A DNA stretch of 64,000 bases from Bacteroidota bacterium (GTDB lineage: Bacteria; Bacteroidota; Bacteroidia; Chitinophagales; Chitinophagaceae). The DNA is taken from positions 21,900-85,899 of the forward strand of contig JAZKGV010000194.1 of the NCBI GenBank assembly GCA_040385725.1, given 5' to 3'. The notes beneath the pieces were generated by a model. That model made no database searches. It was not told the origin of the DNA and saw nothing but the letters and a program-made list of their open reading frames with translations. Of the stretch, positions 18,358-27,356 are shown piece by piece (the stretch's first letter is position 1; every line of letters starts with the position of its first letter). The position numbers were made by a program, and so were the translations under genes.

Positions 18358-19671
18358 ATGAAACCGATCATTACTTCCATTTCCTTTTTGATGCTGGCAC
18401 TTTCGACAACCGCACAAAAAGTGGCATTTACTGAATACGATTTAAAAAATGGCCTGCACGTGGTGCTGCACCAGGACAAAACCGTTCCTGTGGTAGCAGT
18501 GTCTGTGATGTACCATGTGGGTAGCAAAGATGAAGAAACCAACCGCACCGGCTTTGCCCACTTTTTTGAACACCTGCTGTTTGAAGGCAGTGACAACATC
18601 AAACGTGGTGAGTTTATGAAATTAGTGAGCAGTAACGGTGGGCAGAACAATGCCAATACTTCCCAGGACCGTACATTTTATTACGAAGTATTTCCTTCCA
18701 ACCAATTGGCAACCGGCATCTGGCTCGAAAGCGAACGCATGATGCACCCGGTGATAAACGAGATTGGTGTAAAAACACAAAACGAAGTAGTAAAAGAAGA
18801 AAAGAGAATGAGGGTGGATAATTCGCCCTATGGCAATTTTTTTGCAGAAACTTTTAAGCGCCTCTTCACCAAACATCCATACACATGGACTCCTATCGGC
18901 AGTATGGCCGATCTTGATGCCGCTACATTAGATGAGTTTAAAGCCTTTAATAAAAAATATTATATCCCAAACAATGCTGTGCTGGTAATTGCAGGTGATA
19001 TTGATATTGCAAAAACAAAAACACTGGTAGAACAATATTTTGGACCAATACCTGCCGGCACACCGGTAACACATCCAAACATTAAGGACGACCCAATTAC
19101 AAAAGAAATTGTTGATACAGCTTATGATGCCAACATACAGCTACCAGCTATACTGGCTGCTTACCGCATACCCGGCATGACAAGCAGTGAAACCAAGGCG
19201 CTTGAAATGGCTTCGTCTGTATTGAGCCAGGGCAGCAGCAGCCGTATGTATAAAAAAATGGTGGATGATAAAAAGAACTCTGTGCAGGTCGGGTCATTCA
19301 GTTATACACTGGAAGATTATGGTGCTTACATTACGTATGCTTTGCCAAACAATGATACGCCATTAGATACATTGATAAAAGATATGGATGATGAAATTGC
19401 AAAGTTGCAAACCACCCTTATCAGCGAAGCCGAATTTACCAAATTGCAAAACCAGGCAGAAAATGATTTTGTAGGAGCCAACAGTAAAATGCTGGGCGTG
19501 GCTGAAAACCTTGCAGATGGTTACACCTTTCATAATAAAAACACCAATCATATCAATACCGAACTGGATGAAATAAGAAAAGTAACAAGACAGGATATAC
19601 AGAATGTGGCAAAAAAATACCTGAATAAAAACCAGCGTGTGGTTTTGTACTACCTGCCAAAATCAAACTAA
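18358..19671 (+). CDS. M16 (pitrilysin) family zinc peptidase, catalytic subunit
   Basis: GFAHFFEHLLF inverted HxxEH motif; signal peptide. Confidence 0.93.
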   Translation: MKPIITSISFLMLALSTTAQKVAFTEYDLKNGLHVVLHQDKTVPVVAVSVMYHVGSKDEETNRTGFAHFFEHLLFEGSDNIKRGEFMKLVSSNGGQNNANTSQDRTFYYEVFPSNQLATGIWLESERMMHPVINEIGVKTQNEVVKEEKRMRVDNSPYGNFFAETFKRLFTKHPYTWTPIGSMADLDAATLDEFKAFNKKYYIPNNAVLVIAGDIDIAKTKTLVEQYFGPIPAGTPVTHPNIKDDPITKEIVDTAYDANIQLPAILAAYRIPGMTSSETKALEMASSVLSQGSSSRMYKKMVDDKKNSVQVGSFSYTLEDYGAYITYALPNNDTPLDTLIKDMDDEIAKLQTTLISEAEFTKLQNQAENDFVGANSKMLGVAENLADGYTFHNKNTNHINTELDEIRKVTRQDIQNVAKKYLNKNQRVVLYYLPKSN

Positions 19672-19714
19672 TGTTTTACCATCTTATTAAACCATGTTTA
19701 AATTATTTTATACA

Positions 19715-21862
19715 ATGAAAAAATTAATAATAGTTGCAGCCGGTGTTTTTTGTTTACAGCACGGCATTGCACAGCCTAAACCAAAAACTGCAAAAAAAGC
19801 AAGCGTTGCAAAAACTACTATTGCAGGCCCGCTTGACCGCAGCAAAAAACCAGCAGCGGGGCCAGCGCCTTCTATTTCAATTAAAGACCCTGTTATCTTC
19901 AACATGCCAAATGGTATGACAGTGCTGGTGGTTGAAAATCATAAACTGCCAAGAGTGAGGGCATCATTTTTTGTTGACTATGGCCCGGTATACGAAGGCA
20001 AAAAAGCTGGTGCACTCGACCTGATGGGTGGTATGCTCAGCGAAGGAACCACCAACCTGCCCAAAGATAAATTTGATGAAGAAGTGGATATGATCGGTGC
20101 CGATGTGACCCTTAGTGCCAGCGGCGGCTCTGCAGGAGCACTAACGAGGTATTTTGAAAAAGCTTTTAACCTGTTGGCGGATGCGTTAAAAAACCCAGCG
20201 TTTCCACAAGAGTCATTTGATAAATTAAAATCAATGACCATTACCGGTTTAAAGTCTGAAGAAAAAAGTACACCCACCATTGCTAACAGGGTGTATAATG
20301 CGTTGAGCTTTGGGAAAAGCACCGCACTGGGTGAATTTACGAGTGAAGAAACGGTGAAAGGTTTAACCCTTGCGGATGTAAAAGATACTTATAAAAATTA
20401 TATCACGCCATCACGTTCATACTTAACTTTTGTTGGCGACATTACACCTGCTGCTGCAAAAGCACTGGCAGAAAAAGCTTTGGGCAACTGGAAAGGTAAA
20501 AAACTACCGGTGCCTGCTGTCCCAATAGTAAAAAACCCATCTACAACTGAAATTGACTTTATAGATATTCCTACTGCCGTGCAAGGTGAATTAAGGGTGG
20601 GCAATATTGTAAACAATCCATTAAGTGGTAAAGATTATCACTCTTTACTCCTTGCAAATTATATATTGGGTGGTGGTGCAGAAGCAAGGTTGTTTATGAA
20701 CCTGAGAGAAAAACACGGCTTTACTTACGGCGCTTATTCAAATGTGGGCAATGGCCGTTTCCCTGCATTATTTACAGCCAGTGCTGCAGTGCGTACAGAT
20801 AAAGTGGACAGTGCCACTTCCGAAATGTTCAAGGAAATACTCGGCATGAGGGATGGCAAGGTTTCAGCGGAAGACTTGGCGAACGCAAAAGCAAAATACA
20901 ATGGCAGTTTTGCCCTCGGCATGGAAGACCCTGCAAAAACGGCTGATTATGCAAGGAATATTCTCATCAATGGTTTGGCAAAGGATTATTACAGGACTTA
21001 CCTGCAAAAAATAAATGCTGTAACGCTTAATGACATAAAAGAAGTTGCTCAAAAGTATTTTAGTGAAAGCAATTCAAGAATTGTTATTGCAGGCAATGCT
21101 TCCAAGATCATTCCTAAATTAATGAAGTTTGGTTATGCAATAAAAAAATATGACAGGTATGCAGAACCGGTAGTGGAAAAACCAGTAGATGTAAATGCAA
21201 CTGAAACAGCAAAGACCACTGAAAGTATTTCTGCGTATGAAATTATTAATAGTTACCTGAAAGCAGTAGGTGGAAAAGAGGAGATTAAAAAAATAAACAC
21301 TCTTTCCGCTGTTATTTCGCTTGATATGGGGGGAAGGGTATTTACAGGCGATTATAAAAGAATGAGTCCTGATAAACAGTTGATGGAATTGAAAATGGGT
21401 GCTATGACAATTATGAAGTCAGTATTTGATGGCGGACAGGGATACCAGATGCAGGGGCCACAAAAAAAGGAAATGGACGAAAAGGAAATAAAAGAAGCAA
21501 GAGACGAGAAGGCAATTATTCCTCAATTGTTTTATGCAACAGATACGGCTTACAAAGCTGATTATCTCGGCACGGGCAAAGTAGGTGAAGAAGATACTTA
21601 CCGCCTGAAAGTAACCATGCCGAGTGGTAAGGTTTCTATCCAGGAATATGCCACTAAATCTGGTTTGTTGCTGAAAGAAGAAGCCACATCAATGGAAGAA
21701 GGCCAGGAATCAACAGAAACTATCGAATACAAAAATTATGTGAAAGTGGGCGCCATTATGCTGCCGTCGGAAATAATAAGAACCGAAGGTGGCCAGGAAA
21801 TCCCTTTTAAACTTTCTGATTACAAATTGAATGAAGGCGTAACCGAAGCTGATTTTAAATAA
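19715..21862 (+). CDS. M16 family non-catalytic partner subunit with C-terminal extension
   Basis: M16 fold motifs (RLFMNLREKHGFTYG) but no HxxEH; start at MKKLIIV. Confidence 0.85.
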   Translation: MKKLIIVAAGVFCLQHGIAQPKPKTAKKASVAKTTIAGPLDRSKKPAAGPAPSISIKDPVIFNMPNGMTVLVVENHKLPRVRASFFVDYGPVYEGKKAGALDLMGGMLSEGTTNLPKDKFDEEVDMIGADVTLSASGGSAGALTRYFEKAFNLLADALKNPAFPQESFDKLKSMTITGLKSEEKSTPTIANRVYNALSFGKSTALGEFTSEETVKGLTLADVKDTYKNYITPSRSYLTFVGDITPAAAKALAEKALGNWKGKKLPVPAVPIVKNPSTTEIDFIDIPTAVQGELRVGNIVNNPLSGKDYHSLLLANYILGGGAEARLFMNLREKHGFTYGAYSNVGNGRFPALFTASAAVRTDKVDSATSEMFKEILGMRDGKVSAEDLANAKAKYNGSFALGMEDPAKTADYARNILINGLAKDYYRTYLQKINAVTLNDIKEVAQKYFSESNSRIVIAGNASKIIPKLMKFGYAIKKYDRYAEPVVEKPVDVNATETAKTTESISAYEIINSYLKAVGGKEEIKKINTLSAVISLDMGGRVFTGDYKRMSPDKQLMELKMGAMTIMKSVFDGGQGYQMQGPQKKEMDEKEIKEARDEKAIIPQLFYATDTAYKADYLGTGKVGEEDTYRLKVTMPSGKVSIQEYATKSGLLLKEEATSMEEGQESTETIEYKNYVKVGAIMLPSEIIRTEGGQEIPFKLSDYKLNEGVTEADFK

Positions 21863-21884
21863 AAAATATTTGGTACGGTTTTAT

Positions 21885-21921
21885 TACGAAAGCTACCTGT
21901 AACGGGTAGCTTTCGTATTTT
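21885..21921 (+). terminator. Intrinsic terminator
   Basis: TACGAAAGCTACC...GGTAGCTTTCGTA 13-bp stem followed by Ts. Confidence 0.8.
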
Positions 21922-22124
21922 AAGTGTAATTGATAATACAATTATAAAGCCTGACAATACAATAGCGTTTTACTGAAAATTGTTATTGGGAATATTTGAG
22001 TAAAAAGAACCTCAATTAAAGGAGGAAAAGCTTTTTCCAAAAATACCTTTAACAAAAAATTAGTCCCTATATTAGCCTGATTAAATAACGAAATGATTTT
22101 ATTTGTTAATAAACTATACAAATT

Positions 22125-22823
22125 ATGGAAGCAACGACAAAACCGAAAATACTTTTGTGTGAAGATGATACCAACCTCGGTATGGTACTCAAGAATTATC
22201 TTGAACTGAACGACTATGATGTGATCTTGGAAAGGGATGGACGGCTTGGCCTGGCTGCATTCCAGAGAGAGAAGTTTGATATTTGCCTGCTGGATGTAAT
22301 GATGCCGAATATGGATGGCTTTACATTGGCAGAAGAGATCCGTGATATCAATCCTGATGTGCCCTTATTCTTCCTTTCTGCTAAAACAATGAAAGATGAT
22401 ATTATACAGGGTTACAAACTCGGCGCTGATGATTATATCACCAAACCATTCGACAGTGAAGTATTGTTGCTGAAGATAAAAGCGATCCTGAAAAGAAATG
22501 AAGAAATGCACAGGGAAGAAGTGAACGCAGAATTTGACCTGGGCAAATACCACTTTAACCCAAGGCTGAGAGAGTTGACCGTAAATGGCAAAACTCAAAC
22601 ACTAAGCCCTAAAGAAAATGAGTTGCTGAAAATGATGAGTGAATATAAAAATGACCTGTTGCCAAGAGAAGCAGCATTGAAAAAAATATGGGGCAGTGAT
22701 ACTTACTTTAACGGCCGCAGTATGGATGTGTACATTGCCAAATTGCGTAAATATTTAAAAGAAGATGAGGATATTGAGATCGTAAATATTCATGGCAATG
22801 GTTTCAGGCTGGTGGCGCCATAA
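22125..22823 (+). CDS. rprY: OmpR-family response regulator, RprY-like
   Basis: Receiver (LLCEDD, LLDVMMP, KPF) and winged helix (YFNGRSMDVYIAKLRKYL). Confidence 0.8.
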   Translation: MEATTKPKILLCEDDTNLGMVLKNYLELNDYDVILERDGRLGLAAFQREKFDICLLDVMMPNMDGFTLAEEIRDINPDVPLFFLSAKTMKDDIIQGYKLGADDYITKPFDSEVLLLKIKAILKRNEEMHREEVNAEFDLGKYHFNPRLRELTVNGKTQTLSPKENELLKMMSEYKNDLLPREAALKKIWGSDTYFNGRSMDVYIAKLRKYLKEDEDIEIVNIHGNGFRLVAP

Positions 22824-22842
22824 ATTACTAAAGCCTATTTTT

Positions 22843-22873
22843 CAAATGGCCTCGAAAAAATCGAGGCCATTTG
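22843..22873. terminator. Bidirectional terminator between convergent genes
   Basis: CAAATGGCCTCGA-AAAAA-TCGAGGCCATTTG perfect stem. Confidence 0.75.
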
Positions 22874-22876
22874 CTT

Positions 22877-23188
22877 TTATTTCTCCTCCGCTTCCCTTGC
22901 CTCCACTTCAAACTTATTATTGTAGTACCCTTTTCTTAAACTCTCCCACAAATATTTAATAATAAACCCAACATACCCATGTTGCTTGTATTGCCTGACA
23001 TGGCAAAGCTCATGCTTCAGCCATTTTTTATTGCTGAGAAAATCTTCTTTGCTGCTGTTCCATAAATGAATAGTGCTGCCAAATACAATGGCTACAGAAG
23101 ATGTTTTTAATTTTCGGGCTGCTATTTTAGCCAACCATGAATTTTCTTTTATGGTAAAATGTTCATCAGCCAATTTGTTTGAAGGCAT
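22877..23188 (-). CDS. DUF4157-like small HExxH protein
   Basis: AIVFGSTIH, WLKHELCHVRQY, FEVEAR. Confidence 0.75.
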   Translation of the reverse strand: MPSNKLADEHFTIKENSWLAKIAARKLKTSSVAIVFGSTIHLWNSSKEDFLSNKKWLKHELCHVRQYKQHGYVGFIIKYLWESLRKGYYNNKFEVEAREAEEK

Positions 23189-23639
23189 TTAAAATTTCCT
23201 CGGTATGTTGCTTGCTTCGTGGCTTTAAAAATATTTTGCGGATCACACCTTTTTCGTCAATTAAAAAAGTGGTGCGGTATAATCCCATGTAGTGATTGCC
23301 AAACATAACTTTTGGTCCCCACACACCATATTTGTCAATGATGGTATGCTTTGGATCGGCTAATAATGTAAATGGCAGGCTGAATTTATTTTCAAATTTC
23401 TTGTGCTTCTTCTCATCATCCGGGCTTACACCCAAAACAACAATACCTTCCTTTTTAAGCAATGAAAAATTATCTCTCAGGTTGCAAGCCTGCTCTGTAC
23501 AGGTGGGTGTATCATCTTCAGGATAAAAATATAACGCTACTCTTTGTCCTTTAAAATCAGCTAAAGAAACTTTGTTGCCGTTTTGGTCTTTGCTGCTGAA
23601 TGCAGGTGCTTTTTGCCCTTCTGTTAATGTTGTTGCCAT
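23166..23639 (-). CDS. bcp: Thioredoxin-dependent thiol peroxidase (BCP/PrxQ)
   Basis: LYFYPEDDTPTCTEQAC motif. Confidence 0.93.
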   Translation of the reverse strand: MATTLTEGQKAPAFSSKDQNGNKVSLADFKGQRVALYFYPEDDTPTCTEQACNLRDNFSLLKKEGIVVLGVSPDDEKKHKKFENKFSLPFTLLADPKHTIIDKYGVWGPKVMFGNHYMGLYRTTFLIDEKGVIRKIFLKPRSKQHTEEILNAFKQIG

Positions 23640-23646
23640 TGTTGTT

Positions 23647-23759
23647 GCCCCAAACCCCTGAAGGGGCTTTTAGATTATGAATATTGTTCGTTCTTTCTGT
23701 TTCGTAAACAGTGAGTGTTCATGAACTCTTGCCTTTAAGCCCCTTTAGGGGTTTGGGGC
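23647..23759. repeat. Inverted pair of REP-like palindromes
   Basis: GCCCCAAACCCCTGAAGGGGC (23647-23667) and GCCCCTTTAGGGGTTTGGGGC (23739-23759) are reverse complements with 1 mismatch. Confidence 0.85.
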
Positions 23760-23763
23760 GTCA

Positions 23764-25467
23764 TTACCTCGTAAACTTATAAACTTTCTCCACCTTATTC
23801 CCTGCACAATCTTCCACGCTTATTTTTAATTCATGTTCTCCCTCACCACAATGCTCATCAAACTTATAAATAAATGTTTTGCCTTTATCATTGCTGAAGC
23901 GGAGCCATTTGCCATCCAGTTCTGCACGGAAGTTTTTTAATTCATCTGTTTCATCCCTTATAACAAAAGCAATACGGTTTAGTTTAGCTGCATTCATACC
24001 ATCCCTGAAACCAACAGGAGTTATTGTTGGTGGTATTTCATCTGCATACAATTCCACATTGCCTATTGCTTTAAAAGAAGACCTAAACCAGCCACCTTCT
24101 TCCTTCTCCGCTTTTGCAAAATCATCTTTTGCTCCCCACCAGCGGCGCATTACCATTCTGTCGGGGTTAGCAGCGTTACTGTTCTTAATTTTTACAGGAT
24201 AAAAAGTATGTATTGGCACTTCGCCACCATGCAACTGGTAAGCAATACCGCCTGCATGTGTTGCATTAATGGGTGCTACTTTAAAATACACCGAATCATA
24301 CAATTTATTTTCATCAAGGTAAAAACTGAGGTTATTGTTTTCAAAAACATTTACATAACCAGGTTTAAATAATTGACCTGTGGGTTCAAAATATACTGAT
24401 GTTGCTGTTGACCTCACTGAAAACTCAATTACTGTTGTATTCCCTTCTGTATCCTTTACCTCTACTTTTATATTATGTGCAGTTCCATCACTTATATCAA
24501 TCACACCATCACCATGCACCTCCTTATAAATGCTGTTGTTATACCCCGGCAGCCGGCTAAGATGCTGTAACCACGGCCCACCATTTGCCTTCGTTCTAAA
24601 ATCAATATGTGCATTCATATACCTTGTTTCATCATAACTGATGCTGTCGATCTGGAAACCAACAACAGGTATATTGTTATCATATAGTTCTGCTTCGTAA
24701 ATACCGTTCTGATTAGTGGAGCCTGTGTAACGATCCACTGCCGTGATAGCAAAACTTAGTTTGTCAGTTGGCAAAGAAATAACAGCCGGTACTGTGGTAA
24801 AAACACCTTTCACCTTTTTTATTGGATACAAACGTGGGCTTTGCTGATAAGTGCTTTTTGTTCTGTCGTACACAGCCAACCGCATAACTGCCGGTGGAAT
24901 ATTATCTGGTATAGGCATTCCGAATAATAAAGGGTTAAGCACTTTATCCGTTTTTGTATCTCTTATTTCATAATGCAGGTGTGGGCCTTGCGAGCCACCG
25001 GTGTTACCGCTGTAAGCAATAAACTGTTGCTTCCTTACCGGGAACAGATCAGCAGGTATGTTTTCTAAAAACAATTGCCAGCTTTCGGCTTTGTATTGTT
25101 GTGCCTTGATGTATTCTTCCAGTGCAGGATAAAAATCATTTAAGTGTGCATATAAAGTGGTGAGGCCGTTGGGATGATTGATATAGATACACCTGCCAAA
25201 CCCATAAGGCTCGATCTTTACTTTAGCTATATAACCATCTGCTGCTGCCACCACCGGTACATTTTCTTTCTGGTCAGTTTTTACATCCAGCCCCATGTGA
25301 TAGTGATTGGGCCTTAGTTCCCCAAAGTTGGCGGCAATACCAATTTTTGCTTTCACCGGCCAGGCAAAATAATCCTGCGGATAATTTTTGGGTTGAAATA
25401 TCTGTGCAGGTAATGCAAAAGGAAATAAAATTACGGCGAGTGTGATGATGGCTCCTGTTCTTGTCAT
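23764..25467 (-). CDS. M23 family metallopeptidase
   Basis: HYHMGLD, YAHL, GPHLHYE motifs; signal peptide. Confidence 0.9.
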   Translation of the reverse strand: MTRTGAIITLAVILFPFALPAQIFQPKNYPQDYFAWPVKAKIGIAANFGELRPNHYHMGLDVKTDQKENVPVVAAADGYIAKVKIEPYGFGRCIYINHPNGLTTLYAHLNDFYPALEEYIKAQQYKAESWQLFLENIPADLFPVRKQQFIAYSGNTGGSQGPHLHYEIRDTKTDKVLNPLLFGMPIPDNIPPAVMRLAVYDRTKSTYQQSPRLYPIKKVKGVFTTVPAVISLPTDKLSFAITAVDRYTGSTNQNGIYEAELYDNNIPVVGFQIDSISYDETRYMNAHIDFRTKANGGPWLQHLSRLPGYNNSIYKEVHGDGVIDISDGTAHNIKVEVKDTEGNTTVIEFSVRSTATSVYFEPTGQLFKPGYVNVFENNNLSFYLDENKLYDSVYFKVAPINATHAGGIAYQLHGGEVPIHTFYPVKIKNSNAANPDRMVMRRWWGAKDDFAKAEKEEGGWFRSSFKAIGNVELYADEIPPTITPVGFRDGMNAAKLNRIAFVIRDETDELKNFRAELDGKWLRFSNDKGKTFIYKFDEHCGEGEHELKISVEDCAGNKVEKVYKFTR

Positions 25468-25605
25468 AATGATTAAAACAAAAATAAAGTTTAGTGAAAA
25501 ACTTTTGTGACATTAGTTACAACCAATATGTTAATAAACCGAAGCTTCCCTGAGAGAGATTTGCAGTTGTTGACTGCTTTGTATAAATTGTACCGCTATC
25601 GTCGT

Positions 25606-27078
25606 ATGAAACATGTCCTTTTCTTTTTATTATTTTTCTTTGCCGCACTTGTTGCTGTATCACAATCCCGCCAGATAAGGATAGGCCGTTATATACTTCC
25701 CAAAGACAACGACACAGAAAAATCATTGGTTTTAAAAATGCCATTTGGCAAATATTCCATCGACCACATCATTGGAGATACTGCAGCGTTTAGAAAAGCC
25801 GGCGAAGTAACGGTGGATATTATCTGCACCGACTATCCACCTGAGCAATCACTTATTAAGTTAAATGCCAACAGGCTGAAAGCATTTTACAATGCCTTTC
25901 CTTTTATTATTTCCGACCATGTTGGCAGGGTGCATTATTACCGGCAAACCGGCGGCACAGAAAGGGATAAAGCACAGCCCATGTTTCATGGTGTGGTGAT
26001 ACGCTGGCGGATTGCACAAAATGCCAATGCTGCAAAAGACGACTGGAAAAAGCTGGAGGGAATAGTAGCCCTGGCCCCTGCCATAAAAAAAACATCCTTA
26101 AGGGAGGGCTATTCACCCGTAACATTTTATAAAAAAGTAGAAAAGAAAATAAAAAATGATTCCACAGCAAAAGTTCCTTACTACGACCCTTCCATGAGCC
26201 TGGCTGACAAAAAAATAATTTACATCATTGGAGACACTGCCTGGTTGTATAAACGTTTTACCATGCCCGACTCTGTGCCCGTATTTGACTTTAAAAAAGC
26301 TTACAAAAAACATTTAATTACCAAGAGGGTTTATCAACAATTTAAAGATAAACGCTCCAGCTACTTAACCTTGTATGAGCCCTTGCCTGAAGAAATTCCG
26401 GTAGATTACAGTTATGCAACAAGAGATACCACTGACAATTCAAAAAATCAACTGCCCGACTCAACCATTATGGAAGTGCTGAAAAGAAATGTATGGAAAA
26501 ATGCAGTGGTGGTGGGAGATGTAACAGCAAGCATGTATCCATATACAGCGCAATTGCTGATATGGCTGCAATTATATTCATTGAACAGCCTTAGCTATCA
26601 ATATGTTTTTTTTAATGATGGTAATGATAAAGCTGACGAGAAAAAAAAACCAGGTAAAACAGGCGGCATTTATTACCAGCAATGTGTGCATTACGACCAG
26701 GTAAAGGAACTGATAAAACTGGCAATGGAAAAAGGCACCGGTGGCGATTTTCCTGAGAACGTAACAGAAGCATTGTTAGGAGCAGAAAAACAATTTCCAA
26801 AAGCAGCCTGCAATATGCTGATTGCTGATAACTGGGCTGCCATAAGGGATAAAGAACTGATAGGCCAATTGAAAAAACCTGTGATGGTCATTCTTTGTGG
26901 CGTACGGAACAATGATATCAATATTGATTATTTGAACCTTGCATTGAAAACAAAAGGTTCTGTGCATTTGATGGAAGATGATATTACCAACCTTTCAAAG
27001 ATGAAAGAAGGAGAAGTGCTTACTATCGGGAAGAAAAATTTTAAAATAAAAAATGGCGAGTTGGTAGAAGCAGAATAA
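25606..27078 (+). CDS. Secreted protein with C-terminal VWA-like domain
   Basis: Signal peptide from ATG 25606; VVVGDVTASM (MIDAS-like), FFNDG, GGDFPEN, LIADN. Confidence 0.7.
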   Translation: MKHVLFFLLFFFAALVAVSQSRQIRIGRYILPKDNDTEKSLVLKMPFGKYSIDHIIGDTAAFRKAGEVTVDIICTDYPPEQSLIKLNANRLKAFYNAFPFIISDHVGRVHYYRQTGGTERDKAQPMFHGVVIRWRIAQNANAAKDDWKKLEGIVALAPAIKKTSLREGYSPVTFYKKVEKKIKNDSTAKVPYYDPSMSLADKKIIYIIGDTAWLYKRFTMPDSVPVFDFKKAYKKHLITKRVYQQFKDKRSSYLTLYEPLPEEIPVDYSYATRDTTDNSKNQLPDSTIMEVLKRNVWKNAVVVGDVTASMYPYTAQLLIWLQLYSLNSLSYQYVFFNDGNDKADEKKKPGKTGGIYYQQCVHYDQVKELIKLAMEKGTGGDFPENVTEALLGAEKQFPKAACNMLIADNWAAIRDKELIGQLKKPVMVILCGVRNNDINIDYLNLALKTKGSVHLMEDDITNLSKMKEGEVLTIGKKNFKIKNGELVEAE

Positions 27079-27088
27079 AACTATTCTC

Positions 27089-27193
27089 TCACCGCCACAG
27101 CCAGTCGTCACCAGGGCCAGCTATTATTGTTTCATGTTGTTTTGTATTGCAGGAAAATACAGCAAGCAGAACAAGCAGGTTGATAAATTTCAT
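27089..27193 (-). CDS. Putative 34-aa lipoprotein-like ORF or gene remnant
   Basis: MKFINLLVLLAVFSCNTKQHETIIAGPGDDWLWR*: charged N-terminus, hydrophobic core, VFSC lipobox. Confidence 0.35.
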   Translation of the reverse strand: MKFINLLVLLAVFSCNTKQHETIIAGPGDDWLWR

Positions 27194-27356
27194 TTGGCAA
27201 ATTTTTTAGAGCAGTTTGTAAGGTATTGCTTATCAGGCAACACTTACACAATTTATCTATGTAAAACTAAGACAACCATTCAAAGTTTACATTTAATGAA
27301 GAATGGTATTCAATCACAACCCTTTTTCTATACATTCGTTACCCAAACTATTTTTT

